The position numbers and the translations under genes are program-made. The notes beneath the pieces are model-generated. The model made no database searches. It was given only the letters and a program-made list of their open reading frames with translations, and was not told the origin of the DNA. 64,000 nucleotides of DNA from Kiritimatiellia bacterium (GTDB lineage: Bacteria > Verrucomicrobiota > Kiritimatiellia > SS1-B-03-39 > UBA6053). The stretch is from NCBI GenBank assembly GCA_046346795.1, contig JAXMHJ010000019.1, positions 1,305 through 65,304 on the forward strand, given 5' to 3'. This document shows positions 26,299 through 35,705 of this stretch, piece by piece. Numbering within the stretch: the first letter of the stretch is position 1; every line of letters begins with the position of its first letter.

Positions 26299-28820
26299 AA
26301 ACGCGAACCCTGCGGACCCTGCTTCTCCTGCTGGCGGCCGCCTGGCTCCGGGCGCTGCCGGCGGACCCCGTGCCCGCCTCGGGCGCGTCCCCGCCGCCTC
26401 CACCCCCGCCTCCGCCGGGTACGCCGGCGGCCCCGAACGATCCTCCCCCCGCCCGGCGCGTGAACTATTCCGACCGCGGCGGGCTGTGGCTGGAGATCGG
26501 CAAGTCGACCACCATTCCCATCGAGCTGACCAACCGCGACACCGAGACGGTGGACGACCTGCGGATCTCGGTGGAGTCCGACGCCACCTGGCTCGACGCC
26601 GCCATGGCGGGGGACTGCAAGCCGGTGCCCGGTGCGCAGAAGGTCTGGTCGGTGCCCAGGGTGGAGGCGCACGGGCGGCGCCTGCCCCTGACCGTTCAGG
26701 TGACCGTCCGCGCCAACCTGCCGGCGGCCGCGGCCGCGGCGGGCGCCGCACCGGCCGCGGCGGAGCCGACCCCTCCGATGGAGCAGGGCAACCTCCGTTT
26801 CGTCCTCTGGCGGACGGGCGGGGGCGGCACGGACGCCGGAGCGGCTCCGGCTCCGGCTCCGGCCACCGCGCCGGCGCGCAACTCGTGGCGGATGGTCTAC
26901 CTGGTGCGCGCCGCGCCGCCGGAGATGGTCAAGCCGCCCGAGCCGATGGAGTGGCACCTGGTCACGGCCGCGCCCGGCGAACTGCGGCCGATCGAGATCA
27001 AGATCCGCAACGCCAATCCCAACGAGCCGCTGAAAAACCTGAGCGCGTTCCCGGTGTCGGACCAGCCCTATGTCAGCCTGGACAAGCGCAAGGACGGGCT
27101 GGCCGGCTGGATCACCGGGCGGGAGGTCACGAACGTCAAGACCGACACCTCCGTGGCCGACGTCCCCGGGTTGAACGTGATCGCGCCGAACAGCGAGGGC
27201 AGCTTCAGCGTCGGCCTGCGCGTCGCGGAAACCGCGGTTCCCGGCTCCACCGCCACCGTCGCGCTCAATGTGCGGGCCAGCACGCCGGGCACCTCTCCGA
27301 ACCCGTGGATGCCCTTCGTGCTGATGCAGGTGAAGATCAGCCCCTACAACCTGCCCGGCAACTTCGAGGCCTTCCTGTACTACAACCTGCCCCCGGACGG
27401 AAAGGGGCCGGCGGGCGGCGCGGCGGCGGCGGAATGGCGGCCCGTGCCCAAGGGCACCAAGATCTCGGTCAGCCAGGTGTACACCCTGCGCGGCGGCGAG
27501 GGGTTCGAGAAGAACGTCGAGCAGTTCGTCGGCTTCGGGAACGTGATCGACGACAAGGGCTATGTCTGCTGCACGATCCAGCCCGAGGTGAACAACCAGC
27601 CCAACATCCGGCTGCGGGTGGTGGCGGAGACCATCGCCAACGAGATCCAGCTCTCCTACAAGCCCGCCGCCGGGGGGGAGAAGGTGGTGGACGCCTTCAA
27701 GGCGCTGCGGCCGCGCTGCGCGGTGACCCCGTCCGGGAAGCGCACCTACCGCAACGTGTCGCACACGTTCCTGGTGAGGCAGGAACCCCGGCCCACCCAG
27801 ATCCGGCAGGGCAAGCCCGCCACCTTCTTCACCCCGTTCCCCAACCAGGACAAGGCCTTCGTCCAGAACCTGCGCATCCTCATTCCGTACTACGGTTTCG
27901 AGACGGTGGCGGACGCGAAGGCGCAGCCCGGCATCCCCATCAACTGGGAGGGCGAGCTGAGCACCGGCGGCGCCATCAACTTCTTCATGGACCCCTCCAC
28001 GGTGGCCGGCGGCATGGTGGACGCCTTCAACGTCGGCGCGGTCTCGATGTTCGGGCCCAGTCCCAGCATGTCCGGCGGGGACACCGCGACCGAGTACAAC
28101 TGGCAGCTTGAGAAAAGCACGCAGATCGGCCTGATCTACCACAACCAGAACGAGCTGTTCGCGGTGCTTGACGCCCTCGTGCGGGCGCAGGATTTTCTCG
28201 CCGAGCTGCCCTTCTTCCAGCCGGGTCCCGACGGGAAGCGGAACGAGCTGCCGCCGGTCATCGCCCACTGGCGCCGGGGCCGCGCGGTGGCGAACGGCGA
28301 GACGGGGTACGGCCTGATGGACGGGGTGTGGCGGCTGATGGTGCAGGGGAACGCGGAAGACCCCGACGTGGGCGACCTCGGACTCATCCTGCGCGGCTAC
28401 GGCGCCTCGATCCGGCATCACTTCGGCAAGCCCCCGGAACCCGCCGCCGCCGGAGCCGCCCCCGCCGCGCCCAACTACGCGTATTACCGGCGCACGAACC
28501 TCGCGCGGGCCTGGGAGGAGGGCTTCGACGTGTTTTTCGCCGCCGCCGTCCTGGGCCAGGGCAAGGTGATGAACGAGCACACCGGCGCCAATCAGGAAAA
28601 GGCGCAGCAGGACCGGTCGGCCGATCTCGACGCCATCCTGGCCGCCGCCGCGGCGGCCTCGGGCCCGGACCTCTACGACGACAAGATCCGCCGGCTCCGC
28701 GGCGCGGACAACTCGCTCGCCGTGGCGGCCGGGCTCTGGGCGGTGGCCAAACAGGATTCCCCGCGCAAGTTTCTCCAATGGTATCTGGACAGGAAGGGGG
28801 AAGCCTGGCCGAGTGGATGA
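26295..28820 (+). CDS. 841-aa secreted protein of unknown function (cistron B)
   Basis: The ATG at 26295 overlaps the stop of A (ATGA). It has a signal peptide (MKTRTLRTLLLLLAAAWLRALPA), then a poly-Pro linker (PPPPPPPPPPG). Beta-rich segments reminiscent of CARDB/NEW3-type Ig folds follow (WLEIGKSTTIPIELTNRDTETVDDLRISVE). The C-terminal ~250 aa are helical. I recognise no catalytic motif. Confidence 0.8.
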   Translation: MKTRTLRTLLLLLAAAWLRALPADPVPASGASPPPPPPPPPGTPAAPNDPPPARRVNYSDRGGLWLEIGKSTTIPIELTNRDTETVDDLRISVESDATWLDAAMAGDCKPVPGAQKVWSVPRVEAHGRRLPLTVQVTVRANLPAAAAAAGAAPAAAEPTPPMEQGNLRFVLWRTGGGGTDAGAAPAPAPATAPARNSWRMVYLVRAAPPEMVKPPEPMEWHLVTAAPGELRPIEIKIRNANPNEPLKNLSAFPVSDQPYVSLDKRKDGLAGWITGREVTNVKTDTSVADVPGLNVIAPNSEGSFSVGLRVAETAVPGSTATVALNVRASTPGTSPNPWMPFVLMQVKISPYNLPGNFEAFLYYNLPPDGKGPAGGAAAAEWRPVPKGTKISVSQVYTLRGGEGFEKNVEQFVGFGNVIDDKGYVCCTIQPEVNNQPNIRLRVVAETIANEIQLSYKPAAGGEKVVDAFKALRPRCAVTPSGKRTYRNVSHTFLVRQEPRPTQIRQGKPATFFTPFPNQDKAFVQNLRILIPYYGFETVADAKAQPGIPINWEGELSTGGAINFFMDPSTVAGGMVDAFNVGAVSMFGPSPSMSGGDTATEYNWQLEKSTQIGLIYHNQNELFAVLDALVRAQDFLAELPFFQPGPDGKRNELPPVIAHWRRGRAVANGETGYGLMDGVWRLMVQGNAEDPDVGDLGLILRGYGASIRHHFGKPPEPAAAGAAPAAPNYAYYRRTNLARAWEEGFDVFFAAAVLGQGKVMNEHTGANQEKAQQDRSADLDAILAAAAAASGPDLYDDKIRRLRGADNSLAVAAGLWAVAKQDSPRKFLQWYLDRKGEAWPSG

Positions 28821-31800
28821 CGTGGATGTCGTCCGGCGACGCCAGCCTGCTGCAGCCGCTCGTGCAACTCGGCCTGTGCCCGCGGATTCGGCTCGCCGCC
28901 GGGCTTCCTGTTCAACACCCGCGTGATCCCCGCAATGTGGACATCGTCTGGGACGCCAACGATGTCCTGGCCGCCGGCAAGCTTTCCGGGAAGCTGCTGA
29001 TGGGGTCGGGCAAGACGCCGGCGGTCGCCCACACCTTCAAGGGGGACAACCGCGTTCCGGAAATCCTGAGCCTGGGGCACCTGCCCGACGGAGTCACCGG
29101 CAACGGCATCCTGGCGGCCACCGGCTCCGCGCGCGGCCCCGTGGTCTGGACGGTCGAGACCGGGTATGGCGACAAGGGCTCCTTCCGGTGGCCGTTGCAG
29201 TCCTTCCTGTCCACGCCGCCGTCCATGAACCTGTCCAGGGGCGGGAACATGCCGGTCGGGAAAAACGGCGGGAGTCTGACCTCGCCCGCGCGCAATCTCA
29301 GCGCCACCGCGACCTCGCAGGGCGTGAACAGCGTCTTTGACGGCCGCAAGGTGCTGGGCGGCGAGGTGCACCGGATCGGCTGCTACGCCGGCGAGGACGA
29401 CGAGGGCATGTCGGACTTTCCGGAACCCGTGGACCTGGAGCTGGCCTGGGGCGAGCAGGAGGATCCGGGCGGCGCGACGCCGGGCATCTACTGGCTCGAT
29501 CCCGGGGAGAAGCGCTGGAAGCTGGTCGGGACCACCCCCGCCGGCGACCGGCGCGTCCGCGCCTCCATCACCCACTGCGGCGCGTACGCCCTGATGATCG
29601 ACGCCTTCCCGCCGGCCCTGGAGGAGGTTCACGCCTGGCCCAATCCGTTCCTGAGCCGGCAGACCAACACCGCCTGGCGCCTGGAGGCCGTCCTGTCGGA
29701 GCCGGCCCTCGTCTCGGTGCGCATCCTCGATGCGACGGGCCGGGTCGTCCGGGTGCTGGCGGACAAGCAGATGATGGAGCACGGGGACATCGCCTTTTCC
29801 TGGAACGGGCTGGACGCCGGCGGGCGGCGGGTGCCCGACGGCCATTACACCTATGAGATGAACGCGTGGGACGAGTCGGGCCTGGCCGCGCCGCCGGTGA
29901 CCGGCGGGGTGGCCGTGTTCAATTCGGGATTCGGCGCGGTCTCCGGACGGGTGACCGCCTCCCGCGAGAACGCGGCCCGGCCCGTCGTCGCGCTGCGCGG
30001 CTTCAGCCTGCCGGCGCTGGTGAAGGACGGCGGGGAATACCTCTTTCCCGCGGTGCCGCCGGGAGCGATGGAGGCCGTCTTCCAATGCCCGGGGCACTTC
30101 GACGAGGTCCGCCCGGTCAAGGCGGCCGGGAGCGGGCCCGCCGTGCGCATGGACGAGGTGCAGCTCAGCCACCTGGCCATGGGGGGGTGCCGGGCCTCCG
30201 CCGTGCTCTTCAGCCCCGACGGCGACGGGACCAACGACTTCGTCTCCCTGAGTTACACCTGGACCCGCCGCTGCGAGTACGAGGTCGCGGTGTTCGACGG
30301 CGAGGGCGCCCTGGTGAAAACCCTGCGGCCGCGGCAGGCCGCCACCCCCGGGCCGGACGCCCTGGCCTGGAGCGGAGACGACGACTACGGCAAGCCGCTG
30401 CCCGGCGGATGGTACAAGGTGGCGTGGACCGCCTACAACCGGGACGAGGCCATTCCGCAGGCGGAGGTGCGGGTGCTGCTCGACCGCGGGCTGATCCAGT
30501 ACGCCTCCGCGCTGCCCTACCTGTTCTCGCCCAACGGGGACGGCTTCGACGACACGCTGCAGGTGGGCTTCAACCTGGAGCAGTCGGCGGAGGTGAGTCT
30601 GGCGGTCCTGGGCCTGGACGGAACCCGCCTGCACGCCGTCACCAACGCCGTCGCGCTGGCCGCGGGCTGGCACACGCTCGAATGGGACGGCCGCGGCCGC
30701 GGCGGGCGGATGCTGCCGGACGGCCGCTACCAGTTCGAGCTGACCCCGGTTTACGCCGGCGGCTACACCTCGAAGGTGGTGCGCGGCGAATTCCAGAGCG
30801 ACAGCGTGCCGCCGGAGATCGGCCAGGTGTCGCCGGCCAACGGCTCGGTCGTCCGGGAGGCCATGCCCCGCATCTCCGCGCGCATCCTCAGCCGGCTGGA
30901 CGACATCGATCCCGACCAGTTGAAATTCAAGATCGACGAGAACACGGTGGAGGCCGGCGAGGTGGATCTCCAGCGCGGGACCTTCGCCTACACGCCGAAG
31001 ACCTCGTTGGGGCCGGGCGTGCACATCGCCATCGCCTACGCCCAGGACTGGGCCGGCAATTACGCGCCCCCCCAGGCCGTCTCCTTCACCATCGCCTTCG
31101 GGGAGGACCCCGCCAAGCCCGTCGCCGACCGGCAGCCGCCGGAGATCCTGTCCCTGTCGCCCGCGAAGAACGCGAAAGTCTACGGCGACACGCCGCTCCT
31201 CACCGCGCGGGTGCGGGATCTCGGGGACGGCCTCGACCCCGACAACATCCGCCTGACCATCAATGGCGAACTCCAGGCCAACTCGGTGCAGCGGTTCATC
31301 CCGGGCAAGTCGGGCAAGGCGTGGGACTGGTATTATTATCAAAAGGCGATGCTGCTGTTCGACCCTCTGGAAGGGGAGATCCGCTATGTGCCGATCACCC
31401 CGCTGCCCGCGGGCAAAACGGTGGTGACGCTGGAGGTCCAGGACAAGGCGGGCAACCGCTCCGCCAAGGCGGAGAGCGTGTTCGAGGTGGTGGTCGACCG
31501 GGAGGCGCCGACCGTCGAGATCACGCAGCCGCCCAACGGCGCCGTGCTCTCCCGGCCGCCCCGGCTGCTGCTGGCGCGCATCGCGGACGCCGGTCCCGGC
31601 GGCGTCAACACCAACTCCTTCCGGTGCCTGGTGGACAACCGCGAGGTGAAGGCCCCGCCGGGCGGATTCCCCTTCGATCCCGCCACCGGCATCCTGCAGA
31701 TCCCGCTGGCGGAGACCCTGGCCCGCGACGCCCAGCACCTGGTCGCGGTCTCCGCGCGCGACCGCGCGGGCAACCTGTCCCAAACCGCCATCAGCGCCTT

Positions 31801-32143
31801 CGCCCTCGTCTCCGACGCCGAGGCCCCGCGCGTCGACCTGCTGCTGCCCTCCGGTTCGGAGCGCTTCGAGGCCGGCTTCCCCGTCACCATCGCCGCCGCG
31901 GTGTACGACCCGGGCCGGGCCGGCCTCGACCCGGACGGCGTGGAGCTCCTTCTCAACGGCAAGGCCGTCGCGCCCTACGACTTCAAGGCGGGCCGCCCGG
32001 GTTACGTCCTCAGCCAGAACCTTCTGAAACACACGTTCGAACAACTGCCCGCGGGGCATTACGTGCTCGAGATCCGCTGCCGCGACCGCGCGGGCAACGC
32101 GGCCGCTCCGGTGGCGTGCACGTTTGATGTCCTGGCCAGGTGA
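28817..32143 (+). CDS. 1108-aa FlgD-Ig-like / bacterial Ig-like repeat protein (cistron C)
   Basis: The ATG at 28817 overlaps the stop of B (ATGA). There are three FlgD-Ig-type units:
- WPNPF...VSVRILDATGRVVRVL...WNGLDAGGRRVPDGHYTYEM
- SPDGDGTNDFVSLSY...WSGDDDYGKPLPGGWYKV
- SPNGDGFDDTLQVGF...WDGRGRGGRMLPDGRYQFEL

Five Ig-like units follow (P.I....P.NG..V....P.I.A.......D...I.L.I(D/N)G). There is no obvious signal peptide. Confidence 0.8.
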   Translation: MTWMSSGDASLLQPLVQLGLCPRIRLAAGLPVQHPRDPRNVDIVWDANDVLAAGKLSGKLLMGSGKTPAVAHTFKGDNRVPEILSLGHLPDGVTGNGILAATGSARGPVVWTVETGYGDKGSFRWPLQSFLSTPPSMNLSRGGNMPVGKNGGSLTSPARNLSATATSQGVNSVFDGRKVLGGEVHRIGCYAGEDDEGMSDFPEPVDLELAWGEQEDPGGATPGIYWLDPGEKRWKLVGTTPAGDRRVRASITHCGAYALMIDAFPPALEEVHAWPNPFLSRQTNTAWRLEAVLSEPALVSVRILDATGRVVRVLADKQMMEHGDIAFSWNGLDAGGRRVPDGHYTYEMNAWDESGLAAPPVTGGVAVFNSGFGAVSGRVTASRENAARPVVALRGFSLPALVKDGGEYLFPAVPPGAMEAVFQCPGHFDEVRPVKAAGSGPAVRMDEVQLSHLAMGGCRASAVLFSPDGDGTNDFVSLSYTWTRRCEYEVAVFDGEGALVKTLRPRQAATPGPDALAWSGDDDYGKPLPGGWYKVAWTAYNRDEAIPQAEVRVLLDRGLIQYASALPYLFSPNGDGFDDTLQVGFNLEQSAEVSLAVLGLDGTRLHAVTNAVALAAGWHTLEWDGRGRGGRMLPDGRYQFELTPVYAGGYTSKVVRGEFQSDSVPPEIGQVSPANGSVVREAMPRISARILSRLDDIDPDQLKFKIDENTVEAGEVDLQRGTFAYTPKTSLGPGVHIAIAYAQDWAGNYAPPQAVSFTIAFGEDPAKPVADRQPPEILSLSPAKNAKVYGDTPLLTARVRDLGDGLDPDNIRLTINGELQANSVQRFIPGKSGKAWDWYYYQKAMLLFDPLEGEIRYVPITPLPAGKTVVTLEVQDKAGNRSAKAESVFEVVVDREAPTVEITQPPNGAVLSRPPRLLLARIADAGPGGVNTNSFRCLVDNREVKAPPGGFPFDPATGILQIPLAETLARDAQHLVAVSARDRAGNLSQTAISAFALVSDAEAPRVDLLLPSGSERFEAGFPVTIAAAVYDPGRAGLDPDGVELLLNGKAVAPYDFKAGRPGYVLSQNLLKHTFEQLPAGHYVLEIRCRDRAGNAAAPVACTFDVLAR

Positions 32144-35100
32144 CGCATCCGGTCCCTCCGGGCCGGCTGCCAGGAGCGGCAGCGAACATTCCATGGTTGA
32201 GAGTGGTTTTCCGGCGCGCGCGCCGGGCGGCCCCGGCGTGCCTCGCCGTCCTGCTCCTCGACGGCGCGCCGGCGGGGCGCGGCCGGCGACGCGGGCGAAC
32301 CCAACGACACCCCGGCGCAGCGAAGCCGCTGGCGCCCGGGCAGCCCGTCGCGGTCAGCATCAACCCCACCAACGACGTCGACTGGTTCAGCATCGAGATT
32401 CCCCGCCGGGGACGGGCTACCTCGACATGGACCCTGCGCAGCGTCCCGCTGAAGCTCTCCCCGCGCGTCACCCTGTACGAGGGCACCAACGAGCTGGAGG
32501 TGGTCCAGAATTCCGGCCGGGCAGCCCCTGTTCCAGCGGCTGGAGATCAAGGCGCCCGGGCGGTACCAGCTCCGGCTGGACGCCGGGTCCCGCGGCTATT
32601 ACTCGCGCGGCGACCGGGCTTCGCCCGACCTGATGGAGCTGCTGGTGACCCTCCAGCCGGCCGACCGCTCCCACGAGCCGAACGACGACGAGGAAACCGC
32701 CGCCGCCATTCCCCTGGGGAAGGATCTCGCCGCGGCGCTGTTCCCGTCGAACGAGCGGGACTGCTACAAGGTGACGATTCCCGGCAACGGCGGCGGAGTG
32801 CTGCGGGTCGCCGTGACCAACTGCCCGCTCGCGCGCGTTTCCATCGGTCTGCGGAACCCCGGGGAGGGCTGGATGGGGAACGGCGAAGCCGCGCTGCGCG
32901 GCGATCCGGTGTATTTCGAGAAGACCGCCCCGACCGGCGGGGTGTTTGTGGTCGAGATCCGCGACCAGGACGGGGGCTCCTCCGCGCCGCTGCCCTACGG
33001 GTTCCGGGTGGATTACCAGGAGCCGCCCGCGGCGACGGGGCCGGTCACGCCGTTCTCCCGCGCGGTGGAACTCCAGCCGGGGGTGCCCCTGCGGCACGCC
33101 CTGTCGGCGCGGGAACAGACCGACCTGTACCGCGTCGTGATCCCGGAACCGGGCCGGGGCATGCTGCATGTGCGGGTGGACGACGTGCCCGACACCATCG
33201 CCCCCGAGGTTTCCTTCTACCGCGAGGACGGCCGCGTGTCGGACACCACCGCGCGCAAGCGGGCGTGAGCCTGCCGTCCAGCGGGAGCAGACGAAGCCCG
33301 GCCCCGTGTACTTTCACGTCCAGGACGGCTACTTCAGCGACGGCGGGGTCTCCTCCGGCGCGCAGGATGACTATTCGGCGCAGCCGTATTCGGTGCGGGT
33401 CGACTTCATTCCCGCCAAGGACGCGGGGGAGCCGAACGACGGTCACGACACCGCGCGGGTCCTCCAGCCGGGCGAGACCGCGGAGGGCACGATCTTCCCG
33501 CGGGGGGACCAGGATTATTTCCGGCTCGCGCTGCCGGCCGGAAAGCAGGGCGTGCTGGAGATCCGGCTGGACGGCATGCCGGACAACCTCTTCCCGCATC
33601 TGCGCGTGGACGACGTGTCGCGCCGCCGTCTCGACGACCTGGAGAAGACCGTCGATCGCGGCCAGTCCGCCGTCTGGACCCGGAACGTCGCCTCCGGCGG
33701 CGACTTTTTCCTGATTGTCCGGGACGGCGCGCTGGACGGCCGCGGCCGCGAGTCGTGGGACGGCTCCGCCTCGCTGCAACCCCTACCGGCTGACCGCGCG
33801 GTTCACCGAGGTCGCCGGCGACCCGCAGGAGCCCAACGACACGATCGAGACGGCCAGGCCGGTCCAGCTTGGAAAGCCGGTTTCCGGCCTCGTCTTCCCG
33901 GGCGGCGACAACGACTGGTTCAGTCTGGCGGTCGATGAAAAGCAACTGGGCGTGCTGCGCATCGAGGCCGGCCCCTTCCACGACGCGATGCGGCCGATGA
34001 TCGAATTGTACGACCCCGCGAAACAGGCGATCCGCCGCTGGCAGGCGCGCTATTCCGCGACGATGCTCTGCGAGACCTCGCTCGACAAGGCCGGCACCTA
34101 CTTCTTGCGGATCGTCTGCCAGCACACCCGGGCCGGCGCCGAGATCAGCCCGCCGGAACAATACGACACCCGGCCCTACACCCTCTCCGTGTCGCGCGTC
34201 GCGCCGTTTGCCGGCGCCGTGGCCGACCAGCCGGACGACGCCCTTCTTCCCTCCGCCACCCTGGTGACCGCCGGCGCGACGGCGCGGGGCATCATCACCA
34301 ACCGTTGGGACCGCGACGCGTTCCAGCTCAAGGTGGACGCGGCGGCCGAGGTGACCGCGCAGATCCTGGAGGTCCCGGGCGAACAGGACCTCTACGGGCA
34401 CGGGTATTTTCTGCCCGACGGCGGGCCGGCGCCGGCCCCGTACAAGGCCCTGCACATCCACGGGCCGCGGGGCGACTTCTCCCTGGCGGACCGGTATCCG
34501 GAAATCAATTTCGACCGGTTCGAGGAGGGATCCGAGGAGGCGAAGAACACCCTGGCGAATCCCGAGGCCCTCGCCCGGTACAAGGCGGTGATCATCGAGG
34601 TGCTGCACCGCCCCGAGGCGCTGGAACTCGCCAATCCGCGGGTCCAGCAGAACCTCGACAAATTCATGCAGGGTGGGGGACGGGTGCTGGTGCTGACGCC
34701 CTTCTGCGACCTGCCCTTCTTCAACCTCAAGGTGGAGCAGATCAACGGCTGGCACAAGGACCAGGTCGTGATGCCGCCCGCGCCGCACCCGCTGCTGCCC
34801 GCCCCCGGGACCTTCCAGGTGCGCGGCTGGGGTGTGCAGGAGAACATCGGATTCCTCACCGGCTGGAAGGAGGGCCGGGGTTTCGGGGCTGCTCGGCCAC
34901 GCCTCCAGGCCGGCGGCCGCGGCGGTGTCGGTCGCGCGTCCGGTGGGCAAGGGCTGGCTGGTGGTCGACACCCAGACCACCGGCACCCGGCGGCCTATCC
35001 ATGCGCGGACTGGAAGGTGCGCGCGCTGCTGGGCCTGCCCGCTGCAGAGCCTGGGCGGATTCAGCAACTCCTGCCTCTTCGACGGTTCCCCCTGGAGGGG

Positions 35101-35705
35101 CAGCCGGAATCGTTCCGCTTCCGCGTGCCCGGCCCCGGCCGGTTTACCTGGTGGTGCACGAGCGCGAGGGCCGCGCGCCCGCCAAACCCGCGCCCTATGT
35201 CGTGCGCCTGCTGACCTCGCCCGCCACTTGGCCGCGCCAGGCCGTCCTTTGTGGAGAGCGGAGGAGCTGGCCTCGCCCGCCCCCGGGAAGCCGGTGGAGA
35301 CCGCCGTGCCCGCCACCGGCGCGGCCTGGTTCCGCTGGCCGGGAGTCGCGAACAGCACGATGTCGCTGGCCCTGGAGCAGGTCCCGGCCGACGCCGATCC
35401 GGTGCTGCGCATCTATCACTCCCCGGCGGCGCAACCGGAGCGGCCGCGCCGCGTCCTCTACCTGCACGGGAACAACGGGGATGCGCGGATGGGCTCGAGC
35501 TACCCGGAATTCGACCTGGAGCGGATCGAGTGGAACAGCGCCCGGGCCGACACCGTTCTGCTGTCGCCCCGCCTGTCCTCCCGGGAGGCGGTGGTGGTCG
35601 TCCCGCCGCCCAGGCAACGCCCGAACGACTTCGGACTGGACCGCCCCGATGTGCAGAAGGCGGTGGAGCAGTATGCGGCCGGCGGCGGGGTCTTTCTCGT
35701 CTCAG

